Assembly (NCBI GenBank): GCA_964016885.1
Contig: OZ024750.1
Location: 23,684,001-23,748,000 of the forward strand
Source: Eledone cirrhosa
Taxonomy: Eukaryota
DNA: 64,000 nt
Reading direction: 5' to 3'
Each line of letters opens with the position of its first letter. The stretch's first letter is position 1. Below, piece by piece: positions 40,700 through 55,197 of this stretch. The notes beneath the pieces were generated by a model, which worked only from the letters and a program-made list of their open reading frames with translations, ran no database searches and was not told the origin of the DNA. Both the position numbers and the translations under genes were made by a program.

Positions 40700-41380
40700 G
40701 AATAAAAGAACTATAAATGAACTAAGTGAGAAATTAGGAATAAGAGGGATCAGATGCTGTTTACTCGAGAGAAGACTACATTGGTATGGTCACGTGATGC
40801 GCATGAAAGACGACAGCTGTACAAAAAAGTGCAGGGCGATCAAAATAGATGGAAGCTACGGAGTAGGCAGACCCAGAAAAACATGGGACGATTTGATAAA
40901 TTCCGACCTTACACACTTACACCTCTCCAAGACAATGTCACTGGACCGAGATCTTTTGCACTACGCAGTAATACAGAAGACCCACCTTGCCTAAGTACAA
41001 AGCGAAACCTACAGTCGGTAGGCACCTCCTAACCAAAAATACACCCCCATCCCACTACCCCTACTCCCACCCCCATCTACAGCACCCCTTTCTCTGTAAA
41101 GTTATGTTGGTGCCACAACATCCAGTCCTAAATAAATGAGGTCGTGTAGGTGTCACGACAAAAAAACATAGTCCACGCTGTAATGTGGCCATGTAGGTAA
41201 CAAGGTAAAAACCTCCCAGTCCACACTGTAAACATGGTTGGTGTTAGGAAGGGCATCCAGCCGTAGAAAACCCGCCAGACAGTCCTATACGAGCAAGACG
41301 ACCAATCTTGCCTCATGTGGGACAATTCCCGTCTAAACCCATGCTAGCGTGGAAGATAGACGTTAAACGATGATGATGAT
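40700..41380 (+). mobile_element. RTE-clade LINE 3' fragment with 3' UTR and (GAT)n tail
   Basis: Translates RLHWYGHVMRMKDDSCTKKC..GRPRKTWDDLINSDL. Tail ggtgttaggaagggcatccagc..cccatgctagcgtggaa..gatgatgat is shared with many fragments and with SINE family 2. Confidence 0.8.
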
Positions 41381-42274
41381 GAGAACTTTAGATATCATAA
41401 GTTGGAGGTGATAAATGAAATATATATCAATCAAGTACTGGGATCTCTGTCCCTCTGCTATATGTAGGAGCCAAGAAAGAGGTGTTCATATTGTGGTCCC
41501 AACAACCCTTTCTTTATCACCACATAGTGGACACAAAGTGAAAGAAGCAGTAGAATTATGAGAAGATCCATTACAGAGTGTAGGAATATGCAGTTTTAGA
41601 GGAAAAATTTGAAATTTGATAGCATTGGAAGGCTGTTGTAGGAATGCCAAAAGCCTCATGGCCTGAAAGGAATATATTTAGTGCCATAAGAATGTTCCCA
41701 ACCACAGTACTGGCAGTCACATATGGCCATTTCTTCATAGATTTGGAGAAAATCCAACTAGTGATTTATAGATAAGCCAATTGCTGGCTTTGAAATATAA
41801 TGTTCTCTGATAACTGTGGCTTTCCAAAGTTTATGATGTTTACAAGAGCTGTTCTGGTATTAAGAGCATGGTAAGTGGAATGGTTTTACTCAGAAGGAAG
41901 CTCTTGCCAAAAGATATTCTCAATCTAATATAATAATAACTACAGCTTTTTTATCTGCCTTGTCACACAAATGCTATCTGTCAAAAGTGGTCTAAAATAT
42001 ATTTATGGAACACAAATTTAACACAAAAGGAGTGGGGTGGTAAATTAATCTAAAATGTTCTCTGACAAAGATGTTGTCTTCTCTCTATATAATTATCTAT
42101 ATATGTATCTCTCTATAGAGAGAGAGAGAGAGAGGACAAGACGACAAACAAAAAACAATTTTTTTAAGGGGAAATCTTTTAAAATATTTTTAAAAAATAA
42201 AAATACAAAGGACACACAACTTCAGGGTCATTGGCCGTTGAGGTGGACTTTGGCACTTTTGACCCCTGCCAACA

Positions 42275-42307
<33 letters not shown>

Positions 42308-42859
42308 CATTCAAAATGGTGGGGGAGGGGCACACAGGACAACAACAGTGGAAAAACAGAGCCTCATCTCCTCAGTCAACATCTGGAAATCACTACGGTT
42401 TCAGTAAATTAAGGTTGATACCTTTCATTCCAGTGCACATTGGGACGTAACAAAACAGGTGGAGTAAAAAAACAGAACAATTTATGCTTTTAGGCAAATT
42501 TCACAAATATAGATGAAAAAGTATCCTGAGTGCATCAACTGACAAAAAAGGGAGAGAACAATGCACGAAGGCTTAGCCAAAAGAGAAAAAGAAAAACAGA
42601 AAAGATTTGAGACTCATATAATAGAAGACATCATGCCACCCGGTCTGTTTTCATCTATTCTCTCTTCTGACAGTTTTATTCTTCTTTGCTTGTATATTGG
42701 ACTGTAGTCTACATTCTTTTCAGTTTTTCTATTTCACTCCTTTCTATATATTTTTTCTCCTTTGGCTAAGCCCTCACGCATCATTCTCTCTCTTTTTTGT
42801 CAGTTGATGCATATATCTACGGATTTCTGCACACACACACACGTACACACACTATCTAT

Positions 42860-43065
42860 CTTAGGCCTCCATCTTGGCCAGTCAGCTGCAAGGCCCTCCC
42901 AGGACTCTGTGTTGATGTCAATGGCCTTCAGATCTCTTCACAACATCTTTGTATTGCAGCTGAGGTCAACTGGTAGCTCTCTTCCCAGAGGCCAGCTCCC
43001 CATAGATGTCTTTTGGGATGTGGCCATCCTTCATGTGATGGACATAACTTAGCCAGCACAGTCTG
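42860..43065 (-). pseudogene. RTE/BovB-like LINE fragment
   Basis: HMKDGHIPKDIYGELASGKR..LQYKDVVKR..AIDINTESWEGLAADWPRWR, with disablements. Confidence 0.75.
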
Positions 43066-45471
43066 GACTGGATGGAACTTTTTAAGCAATATTTTATGAC
43101 CAGATGCTATTCCTGATGCCAACAACACTGGGATATAGTGTACCTATTCTAAAAACTGAATCCTGCACATTCATCATAAACATGATGATGGTAATGATAT
43201 ATATATATCATCATTGTTTTATATCTATTTTTCATCCTTGCTAAGGTTATCAGGTTAGATTCTGAGGCACCTTGCTTATTTGTTCCTTTCTGGCATGGTT
43301 TGTACGGATGATCTTCCTAATGCCACCCACTTCACAGTGTGTACCAGGTGCATTTTATTGCAACACCAGCACTACCACTTTTCAATACTAGGGCACTTGT
43401 TTTGCTTTTGAACAGGTTTGGAAGGCAATGATAGGTGTGGCTGGGATGAAAGTAGGTAGCAAACTACATACTGCTTGCCAAAGGAGAGCAGGTGCGTCAG
43501 TTTTTCCATGCTGGCATGGTTGGATGAGAAAGGGAGAATTAGCAATGTGAAGAGGAGGAGTAACTGTTAGACCACAGAGGAGGGGGGGGGGGGGTATATA
43601 TATATATATATGATTAAGATTTTCAGAAAGCTAGTACAATGCCAGTTGAAAATACAGGAGTGAAAGCTAGAGTAAAATAAGATAAACAAAACAAAACAAT
43701 AGTTTTACCTTATATGTCATATTTTGGGGGTTAGGACCCCCTTTTCCAAAGAAAATAAATAGAGTATGATGAAAATGACAAGTGGAGATTTTCTGCATAG
43801 ATATTTAGTTGGAATGGTGGTGGCATGCACAAACTGGTATAGTTGCAACAGGCAATCATGCAACTTTTACCTGTGGTTTATGAGAAGTATCGGGTCAAGT
43901 GATGCGTAGAGTCTCTTTGATTCATATGTTTCTGATATTTTATTTGGTGACCTCTACAGTAACTTTGATATATTGAGTGTGATTATGATGAGGGTAACAA
44001 TTTATCATAAACATTATCATTTAACAAGGATTGGATTATCTATATATGTCTCTGTGGATGTATATGTCTACACAATTATATATTTTAATGACTTTTAGGC
44101 CAATCTGCATGGCTGCAGTCTAATGACTGTCAGTAACAGAGTAAGCCAAAGAGTATGGAGTTACCTAGTCCTTCCTTCAAATTTTAAAATTAATATCGTT
44201 GGCAATATTTCATAGTTGTGAACCCAATTAACAAATCATACCCTCATTAAAATACTTAATGAAAGATAATCTACATGGTGTTAGAAGGTAATAATTAACA
44301 GTGTGTCAAAAAAGAAAAAAAAAATTTTATAATTATTTTTTTTCCTTGGCAGAGTTGTGAAAACAGATAAAATGCTTTGCTGTATTCCTTCCAGTTCCCT
44401 ATGCTCCGAGTTCAAGTCTCATTAAGATTATATTTCATTTTTTTTTTTTACTAAGTACCAGTTTTAAACTGGCATCAATTCATCCTTTAACTTTCTCTGA
44501 AATAAATCAGTTGTATTGAGTCTAGAAGCAGGATGTTCTGCCAGATTTATATGCCAAAATGCCATATATCACGATGGAACTTCTGTAACTCCATTAGGAA
44601 CTTATATGTTCATTGATCTATCCATGGACCCTATTTCGGGAAATAAAAAGGATTTTAGAAGGCTACCGTGATGCAAAATATTAATATTCTGTATGAATAG
44701 TGCATTATAGACATAAGTGCATTAAGAATAAGTGCATTAAGACATTCTTGTAAAGTAAAAAAATAGCAGTGCTTCTTTGCCCACATTCCTAAGAGGGTCG
44801 TGGAGCAGAGTTTTCAAGCATGCCCTCCAGCAGGTGAGCTCATGGATGTTACCCAACCAGCTTGCTTGGGGTCTACCCCTGTCTCCTGCCAGTTGGTTTT
44901 GCCTGTAATATCTGTCCAGTGAATCTTTCCTTAAACATATTGACCACATGTTCATAATATCAGAGCAATAGCAGCTCTACCTGATCTCCAAGCTATGCAC
45001 TATCGAGTAACATTACTCCAAAGACTCTTCAGAGGAACCCCAATTCGGCCACTTGTATTTGCGTATGAGTGCATTATATGAAAAATTCAAATCAATTTGT
45101 TGCAAATTTTCAGTGATTTGTCCATTAGTAAAGATACTATAAACATTTGAGTTAAATCTGTTTTTAGGTATTCTCTGCTAAACCCTTAAAGGGTGCTAAG
45201 TGTTAGATATCAAAATTAACAGGTGTTAAAAGGTTACCTTGGAAATATTTAATTGGTCCTTTATTGTTGATGTTATTAAGGGGACTTAGCTATTCCAATG
45301 CCTTAGCAATTCTGCAGATAATACTGATGCTATGTCTTGGCTTGACTCAAACAGTTTTAGATGGAAACACAAACATTCTGTTATGATGTATAATGGAGCG
45401 TGTATGTCTTGTTTTTCCTTCTTTGGTTTATTTCTTTTGAAAATCATATCTATTATATAAATTGCATTTAA

Positions 45472-45682
45472 CCCTTTACCATTTAAACCGGCCGCATCCA
45501 GCTAAAGTTCTCTTACCTCTTTCTGTTCAAACCGGCCTCTCATACTGACGTTAAAGTATTGTTTTTAAAATAAATAACATCAAAATCTCGTAGATTCGAT
45601 ATCATGTGGGATAATTATGTGAGGTAAAGTCTTTACCATGAAAATACAATAGTATATATAGAATAATATAAATGCTAATGGG
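45472..45682 (+). mobile_element. piggyBac-type MITE, family A
   Basis: TIRs and internal sequence match. Confidence 0.85.
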
Positions 45683-47089
45683 TTAGCTGTAAAGTTTAAT
45701 AAAGCATATGAACGAGTAAGAATAAACAAATTGAATATTTATAAAATTTCATTTATTCAAACTAAATTCTAATCTAAAATGTAATAACAAAACCAGTTTT
45801 GTTTACTGTCAAATTCAGTCAGAATGTTTTTGTTTTTTTTTTAAATTGAGAATTAAGATATTTTAATGAAAAATAGGACTACAGTTGAAAAAGAATACAT
45901 CGCAATATAGAATTTAATGTGGTTTTTTTAAAAATTTTATTTAATTTTATTTTATATATATCATTAATAAAGTAGACTTTCAGACAAAAAACAATCATAT
46001 CTCAGGGGTGAAATCTAAAGACATTCCACTCATTTCAAGCACTCAAAATGGAGGGAGAGAAAGAGAGAGAGATGGAGGAGGAGAGAGAAAGAGAGAAATA
46101 GATGGGAGAGGAGAGAGAAAGATTCTTTGGAATTAGATTGCTAGCAACACATAATATCTCTATAGAACACAGCACCAGGTTTCCTTTAAAACAAGTTTCA
46201 AGAGAACAACTTACATGTTGGGCATTTCGTTAACTTTAACTACAGTATCCAGCTCAGCGTTATGTCAATTTAAAAAATAAAAAAAAAATTGTGAGAATTG
46301 TTTGTGCTCTATGAAGAAGAAAAAACAATATTACCAAGTTGAAAAATGAATTAACACTAATTCCTGCCAAGCGGATTACCTCCCCTTACTTGTTATTTTT
46401 TTGTAAATACGGTAAAAGTCTATAATGGGGTTAAGCCATGAGGCTTATCTGCTGGTTTAAGGAGGCATTAAATGACAGAGTACAAGACAGGTTGGGATAG
46501 CAGTCCATCGTAGAGTCAACCCTCAGCTACTGCTAGTACTCATTTTCATTTCTATTTTTTCAGCTAAGGACATAGTACACCACACAGGCGGGGAAATTGA
46601 TTCCATGACTTTAATAAATAGTACTGGTTCATAGAATATAGTAAACAGCATATTTAAAAAAAAAAAAACGATTATGCTTCTTTTACACTAATACTGATTT
46701 TGCAAAACCCAAACCAAGATGGTGTAAATACCTAAATCAGCCTCCCCGTGCAAAATGGGGATATTTAAAGGGTGGGGACGTGTGTGACTGCAGCATTGAA
46801 GCACAGACTACACAGAACCTCCTGATATGCCCCCTGCACAGCATTGGACTTGGCAGAGTTTAATGAGAAAAGACAGCAATGTGTTCAGCTATGGCAGAAC
46901 CACATCTAGCCAAGCTTTATAACTGACACTTGTGGACACGATAAGAAGAAGCCTCCTCATCCCAACTTATTTTATAATGTACAACTATATATAGCTGCTT
47001 TCTAAAGGAAAGGCGCTAATTATCAGATTAGATCAAGGAAACTACATTTCCAATTTCAAAACTTATTGACTAAAGAAAACAGAATTTAA

Positions 47090-47121
<32 letters not shown>

Positions 47122-47802
47122 GTAGTTTGTCAAAATGGGAAATATATAACTATGGATTACTTCATTGTTGGCAAGAAATTAAATTTACTGATATAGAGGA
47201 ACAGATTTGAACCATGTTTGTCTTTACTATATACAATGACATTTAACTAAGCCTGTAGAATGTAGAAGGTTTAAAGTTTAAAGCCTAGAAGCTCACCAGA
47301 CTAAACCAGAGCTCATCTTGGAATTAAGTGGTAAGTGACAGAGTACATAAAATTACTTCCTGGACAAGAAGTCAGTCCGTCACAAGGTTAATGAACAAAC
47401 CTAACAACATAACAGGAAGTGCTTTGCTAAATAAGGGCACAATGAGCCACTTGGCCCAAAGATGAAACTCACAACTTTACAATTGCGAAACCTGCACCCT
47501 AACCACTAGGCCATCCATCACGAGGCTGACTGTTCAGCTACTGCTGATGTTGGTCCTCATTTTCAGCTGAGTGGACTGGAGCAACACGATACAAATTGCT
47601 TTGCTTCAGGACACAATGCACCACCTAGACTTTGGATTGAACTCGTGACCTTATAATCATGAGTTGAGCACCCCAAACACTAAACTGTTCTTTGATTAGA
47701 TAGTTTGGATGGATAAAATATTCAGCAGGTCATATGATGCTAGAAAAAAAATGTAGATTAGATTAACTTATATTAACTCACAAATATAATTTTGTAAAGG
47801 TA

Positions 47803-48117
47803 TTTAAACTGAAGTGTTTTTGCTTTTAATATACTGTGCGAGTCTAAGTATGAACTATTATAAAAATTCATATTTTATTTCTTGATCAATACCAACAATA
47901 TTTTTACAAAACAATGGTATACATCTAAAAAAAATGTTCTCAAACATATTCACTTATTGGAATATGTGCAATAATGATTAACGAAAAACTTTAGATGCAT
48001 ATTTTAAGTGTGTAAAACATTTAGGTTTGATCACAATATAAAAAGGATATGAATTTTTATAATGGTTTACACATAAATGGCCAATCTTATATATATTTGA
48101 AATTTCAGGAGTTTAAA
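47803..48117. repeat. Long imperfect inverted repeat (old fold-back element or MITE)
   Basis: Nested matches: aactattataaaaattcatat / atatgaatttttataatggtt, tatacatctaaa / tttagatgcata, tttaaact / agtttaaa. Confidence 0.65.
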
Positions 48118-48861
48118 GTTAAGTGATATATTTAGACCATTTTGTTTGTTTATAGTATCTTTGTTCTTAACCAAGTATCACAGGTTAGAAAATGTTCAGT
48201 GCTGATGTGGACTGAAACAATCCATTCTACATTCTTCAAACCAGACTTCAGAAACACACTAGCATTACTTCAACCATATCACACACAGAGGCATTACCCC
48301 AATCATATCATACACAGAGTTATTACTCCAAGCATATCACACACAATTATTACTCCAATCATACAGGTAGGCATTAGTCTAACCATATTTTTGTTGAACC
48401 TCTGTCAGTTTCAACAATGAGTGTTCCAGTTATTTGAACACCAGAACAACCTGCTTGTGAAATTAACATGCAAGTAGCTGAGCATTCCATAGATATGTGC
48501 ACCCTTAACATAGTTTTGAGGGGAGAAATCAGCATGACAGTGTGTGTCAAGATTGGCTCTTTGAATCACAGGTGTCACTCATTTTTGCCAACTGAAGCAA
48601 TATGAAATAAATTATGTCACTCGTATCATTACAAGCAAAAACACTAACCACTAAGTCACATGACTTCACATATAAACACCCCTTGCAAAATTTACAGAGA
48701 ATCAAATGCCAGAAATCAAAGAACTGCTATAAACTAAATATGTATGAAACAAAAAAAAAAAAAAAAAAAAGAATCTGCAAAGAGAGAGGTTGTTTTGTTT
48801 ACAGGCACCTATTCATCATCATGATTTTACGTCCGCTAGTTAATATTTTCAGGAAATAAGC

Positions 48862-48921
<60 letters not shown>

Positions 48922-49867
48922 ATTTTAAATAAATGCTTTTTTTTTCCAATATATAAATTTTAATGAATTATTTTTATAATATATAATCTTTGTAAATAAA
49001 TTTCTGTTATGTTAACAGGAAAAGGAAAGCTGATCATCAGATTGGACCAAGGACACAATGTTTCCACTGGTCTTCCCATTGCTGATATGCTGATACTGTG
49101 TGCCCATCACTCCTGGCAAAAGGAGGGGATATTTAAACTCAGAATGCACAGAGCTGGAACAGATCTCACAAAGCATCCTATCCAACTCTTTAACAATTCT
49201 GCTAATCCACCACTAATCTAAATTATAACTTATCTTCATTGGAATCAGGCTATCATACAATTAGAAAAAAAAAACAACTGTTCAAATAACACACACACAC
49301 ACACACAAATAGTCTGAGCAACCAGTCTAACTTCTGTCTCATCATCATACCATGCTCAGCATTTCAGTTAAGCCTCAGAGTAGGAGATTATAAAGAAAAG
49401 AAAAAAAACAGGCTTCAACTGAATCCAGATGGCCATCAGTTCTAGTGAAAGAATTATGTCAGCTAGTTATTTCAACAAGTAAATTGTATATATATCACAT
49501 TCATTAGCTTTTTTGGTGTAGGCAGGGTGAAAAGTCAATAGTCTTAAACTGAGTTTTCAGTGGGAAGGGTGAAAGAGAGAGAGAGAAGGATGGAAGGATA
49601 GAAAGAAGGAGAGGAGGAAAAGAATGAAGAGATAGAAAGAGGAATAGAAGTAGCGAGGGAGGGAAGGTGGGAAAAGGGTGAGGTTGAGGGATGGGTGGTG
49701 GGTCAGTTCATATCACCGACAACTTGAAAAAAACATTAAAGAAAATTTGGTTGGTGTTAGTTTAGCATTAAGAGGTCAATTATAAAGGATTAATGATACA
49801 ACTTTCAGTGATAATGACCATGATTTTGACAAACACTAATACTAATATTGTATTGGTGTGTGTATGA

Positions 49868-50785
49868 ATATATATATATATATATATATAGATACACACA
49901 CATGTATATATATATAGATATATATAGATATATGTAGATATATATATATATGTAGATATATATATATATATATGTAGATATATATATATATATGTAGATA
50001 GAGAGAGAGATATATATATATATATAGATATATAGGTATATATAGATATATAGGTATATATCTATATATATAGGTATATATCTATATATATAGATATATA
50101 GGTATATATCTATATATCTATATATATAGGTATATATCTATATATATAGATATATAGGTATATATCTATATATATAGATATATCGGTATATATCTATATA
50201 TCTAGATATATCGGTATATATCTATATATATAGATATATAGGTATATATCTATATATATAGATATATCGGTATATATCTATATATATAGATATATAGGTA
50301 TATATCTATATATATAGATATATAGGTATATATCTATATATATAGATATATAGGTATATATCTATATATATAGATATATAGGTATATATATATCTATATA
50401 TATAGATATATAGGTATATATATCTATATATATAGATATATAGGTATATATATCTATATATATAGATATATATATCTATATATATATAGATATATAGGTA
50501 TATATATATAGATATAGATATATAGGTATATAGATATAGATATATAGGTATATATATAGATATAGATATATAGGTATATATATAGATATAGATATATAGG
50601 TATATATATAGAGAGATATATATAGATATATAGGTATATATATAGATATATATATAGATATAGATATATATATAGATATAGATATATATATAGATATAGA
50701 TATATAGGTATATATATAGATATATAGGTATATATATATAGATATAGATATATAGGTATATATATAGAGAGATATATATAGATAT
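49868..50785. repeat. (TA)n / TATAGA / TATAGG compound satellite just downstream of the BRI3 stop
   Basis: Direct inspection. Confidence 0.95.
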
Positions 50786-50970
50786 TTTTTGTTATATATT
50801 TATATACATAGTTGTGCGCATGTATCTGGATGTGTCCGTGTACAGGCGATACACAAACATATTCAGAAACAATGATAATTTTATACAAATTAAACAAGTA
50901 TGAGCCAGCTTCAAATTTCAAATAACAGTTTTTGTGTCCATTGTAAAAAGTAAACCGTTCTATTTAAAGT

Positions 50971-51102
50971 TTAACCAAAGATGGCACCACAGTTGGGACA
51001 TCTCCGTTGTCTCATGGCTAAACAACAAAGAATTCCTAAGGGGAAAAACATCAAAGCACACAGCACTCCTAGACATGTGAAGTCATCTTCAAGAATGCCA
51101 AC
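50971..51102 (-). CDS. BRI3: BRI3 homolog, last coding exon ([43 protein letters not shown])
   Basis: Acceptor ttttctctttcag|GTT (phase 0). Joins to give [14 protein letters not shown], hydrophobic segment FFPLGILCC and second CxxC (CPNC). TAA stop. Total CDS 369 nt = 122 aa. Confidence 0.95.
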   Translation of the reverse strand, partial: VGILEDDFTCLGVLCALMFFPLGILCCLAMRQRRCPNCGAIFG

Positions 51103-51250
51103 CTGAAAGAGAAAAAAAACAATTAGAATGAATTTTCTGTATTTTTTTAATAAATGGGTTACTGCTGCAGTTCCTAATATTTTCACTACCAAAGAGCTTT
51201 ATTAAAACCTTTTGATACCAACCTGCCCAAATCTACCTGTTTCTATTGTA

Positions 51251-51466
51251 CCCTTTATCATTTACATTACTCTATATATACTATTATATTTTTGTGGTAA
51301 AAGCTTTATCTCACATAATTATCTCATAATATCAAATCTATGAGATTTTGATATTTATTTTGAGAACAATACCTTAATATCAGTATGAGTGGCTGATCAC
51401 AGATGGTTTGAACAGAAAGAGGTGAGAGAATTCTGGCCAGATATGGCTGGTTTAAATGCTAATGGG
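51251..51466 (-). mobile_element. piggyBac-type MITE, family A, in the last BRI3 intron, nested in family B
   Basis: Family B 5' end ccttttgataccaacc at about 51208; its 3' part at about 51920-52105. Confidence 0.8.
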
Positions 51467-51614
51467 TTAACAGAAAATTGAATTTGAGTCACAGATATTC
51501 AGTTTGCAGAATGTTCACCTATACTCTCATTTATTTGGATATTTCGAGTTCAATATATTAAGAATTAAAATCAATAGAAATTAATTAGGATAAAATAACA
51601 AAACAACAGAGAAG

Positions 51615-51802
51615 ACAGATGAGTGATTGATTATACTCATTAAAAACATGAGTGATCGGTTATGCTAAAACTAAAAACAGATGAGTGATTGGTTATGCTC
51701 AGACTAAAAACAGATGAGTGATCGGTTATGCTCAGACTAAAAACAGATGAGTGATCGGTTATGCTCAGACTAAAAACAGATGAGTGATCGGTTATGCTCA
51801 GA
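51615..51802. repeat. ~32-bp tandem repeat (cagatgagtgatcggttatgctcagactaaaaa)
   Basis: About 5-6 copies. Confidence 0.9.
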
Positions 51803-52552
51803 GTGGCTAGTTATTTTTCCTTTTACTGTTTAGTCAGGTAGGAGAGGGCAGTGCCCATGATCTTTTTCAGGATCTCCAAAATTGTTGAGAGAGGAAGTTT
51901 GCTGTTTTTCTTTTTTAAGAGTTTATATTTATCTAAAAATCTATTATAATTTTATGTCATAACCATTGTTAAGCTACATTACAAACATCCAATAAAAAGT
52001 GCGAAGTTATATTACAAAAGCCCTCCAATTTTTTTTTTTTTTTCAAAATGATTTGAAAATTATAAACATTGTTGTTCATTAGAAATATAGTAGTGAAAGG
52101 GTTAAGGTGTATATTTCTCTAAAAACTATAAGCATCATTAGAAATATGGTAATGAAAGTGCTAACAAAGTACTTGAAATTTTGAACTTACTTTACAGACC
52201 CTAGGTTAGGAACCACTGATATAAAGCAAAACTTAAAACAAAGTGTATCTTCATCCTTTTGATAGTAACCGGCTCAAAACTAACCCTGGTTCTATAAAAC
52301 AAAACCACCCATTTTAAAGGGTTGCTATTCAAATTAAAACCTAACATTACTTGATAAATGATGAACATTTTGTTAACTTGTGTCACAAATGACATCTTAT
52401 TAATGAAATATTAATGTCTTCATTAACTCAAATTTCATGTTAACATGAAAAAAAATTGATGTCAAATAAAGATTATGGTTCTGATGATGGCAGTGTATTT
52501 TATTAGAAATATGTTAATAAAATGGTTAAAAAAAAGGAGAATGAGTACTGAC

Positions 52553-52683
52553 CCTGCAAGCTGGACAACCTCCAACAACAACTACTTGTGGTGGTGGCTG
52601 AACAGTAACAGTTGTGTGTTGATGTGGGGGATAATAGCCTGGCATTGGCTGTTGGCTCATAGAACCATAGTTTCCAGTGTAAC
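52553..52683 (-). CDS. BRI3: BRI3 homolog, coding exon 2 (GYTGNYGSMSQQPMPGYYPPHQHTTVTVQPPPQVVVVGGCPACR)
   Basis: Polypyrimidine acceptor tctctctttctttgcag|GT (phase 1); donor AGG|gtcagt (phase 0); VVVGGCPACR is the hallmark BRI3 motif. Confidence 0.93.
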
Positions 52684-54006
52684 CTGCAAAGAAAGAGAGA
52701 GAAATGTCAAAATTTGCATAAATTTTCTCAAAGCTACTTTTCAAAGAAGGCAGCCAATTGACAGAGTTATTAAGGTGACAGATTCAAATTGACTGTATTT
52801 CTTCCAGCTCACTGTGCTCTGAGTTCCACTCTTGCCAAGGTGAACTTTACCTTTCATTTTTTCAAGGGCAGTAAATAAACTATCAGTTCAATATTGGGGT
52901 TCATTTTTCCTAACTTTTTATCACTAAGTTTTTATCTCTGGAAGAAACTGGCTGTGTTCCAACTTGGAGAAGGATGGGCTCAGAGGCTTGTGTCTGACCG
53001 TAGCCCCTACAATTCCATTTACCTTTTATTTTACTGTACATCTGAAAAACTGAAAAATTGTAATTGTTACCACTTTTAAAAAAATGTTTTATCTGTATTT
53101 TTATAGTTTTGGCATAGTTTTTCTGACCAGATGCTCCTCTTATCCCTAACCACGTCACAGCTTGGAATAGGTACATTTTACCATGCCACCAGCACTAAAG
53201 ATGTCTGTCATAATTTAAGTGTCCTCTACATTGCATCAGTTTTAATTATGAGTGATTGCTTTCCAAGACAGGTTGCTTTCACCAGTGCAATTTGAAAAAA
53301 GATACATAAACTTGAAGTAGATACCATCCTTATTTCTATGTCCACTTTTACATGCTAGCATGGATTAGACAAAACATTTTTGAGGCAATTTTTCTATGGC
53401 CAGATGCCCTTCATGATGCCAACCTTTATCTTAATTCTAAGTATGGTACATACTACTAATCTTCATTAAATTGTTACGGGATGGGCCATATTGTTACTTG
53501 CTTCAACATATGCTTAGTGGTTAGAGAATTTGATTCGCAATTGTGGGGTTGCAAACTGGATTCCCAGATCAAGTGATGTGTTATGTCCTTGAGAATAATT
53601 CACACTGTTCTTTTTGCCAGGAGTTGCAACTGACAGACAGTATCAACAATGGAAAGACCAATGAAAACATTGTATTCTTCGTTCAATAGGCCAAGTACCA
53701 CCCCACTCAGTAAGTGAATGAGGTCTGGGATCATGTCAATTCCTAAAATACACACACACACATATATACTATAAGAATAAAGGAACAAAAAGTGGTGCAT
53801 AATAACATGTTTCACTGTCGATCAGCTCGAGGAACGATCTATTACCACACACACACGCACACAATATGAAGAGCCAAATGTCCAGCTGCTCCATCTATGG
53901 AACAAGCCTTTCCACAATATTAATGTGCAAGTGGCTGAGCATTCCCACAATGCTAGCGTGGAAGATGGACATTCAACGATGATGATGATGATGAGTGTAC
54001 CCTTAA

Positions 54007-54220
54007 CTCTTCAGCATTTACATTGTCTATATCTACTATTGTATTTTCAAGGTAAAGGCTTTATTTCATATAATCATCTCACAATATTGAATGAGATTTT
54101 GATGTTATTTATTTTGAGAACAATACCTAAACGTCAGTATGAGTGGCCAGTCATGGCCAGCTTGAACAGAAAGAGGTGAGAGAATTCTGGCCGGATATGG
54201 CTGGTTTAAATGCTAAAGGG
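54007..54220 (-). mobile_element. piggyBac-type MITE, family A
   Basis: TTAA flanks and TIRs. Confidence 0.85.
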
Positions 54221-55197
54221 TTAATGTAATTGTCAGGGAGTATCAACATGACACAGTGTCTGACAATAACGACCTTTTGAATTACAGGTACAGCTTATTT
54301 TATCCAACTGAGTAAACTGGGGCAACATGAAATAAAGTGTCTTGTTCCAGGACAATAATGAGCCAAACAGCCTAAGTCACATGCCTTCACAACAGAAGCA
54401 GTACATCATATAGTACTCTATGAAATTAATACAGCAGTAATCATGATAATAATAACAATAACACTATGAACCATTGTTCAGCACTGAGATAACAGTACAA
54501 AACAGACTGGATAACTTGACATATCAGAAAGCTAACTGGAACAGATGACAATATATATGTGTATGAAATGCATCATCATCCTCACCATTTTACATCCATT
54601 CTTCCATGCTAGCATGGGTTAGATGAGTTGTCCTGTTATGGTCAGGTGACCATGCTTTGCTTATACAGAACTGATTTTGCCTTGGTTACTACAGCTGGAT
54701 GCCCTTCTTAATGCCAACCTCATTTACAGTGAGTACTGGGTGCTTTTTGTTGTGATACCTCCACAACCACTTTACAGTATGGGCAGGGTGCTTATATGAT
54801 TTTACAACAGAATGAAACAGAAGAAGTTCTGTATAAGTCATGTGAGTGTGTGTATATCCATGTGTATTTATGTGTGCATCTGTCTATGAGAAGTGTATAT
54901 AATCACTGCCATTCCAGCCTAGTGTTGAAATGCGGCAGTACTTGTTCCACAATGGCATATGAAGTGCTGGGGTCACAAAAAAAGGCCTCTAAGTCACCCT
55001 GTCTGGTGGCAGTGGTGGTGGCATGAGAAAACAAATCCAACACACACAGCATAGTGGTTGCTATTAGGATGGGCATCCAGCTGTTGAAACCATGCCAAAA
55101 TGGAATGAGTAACAAGACAATTGTTTGACCTATCTAACCCATGCAAGTGTGGAAAATAAATGTAAAACAGATATATATATATATATATATATCATTT

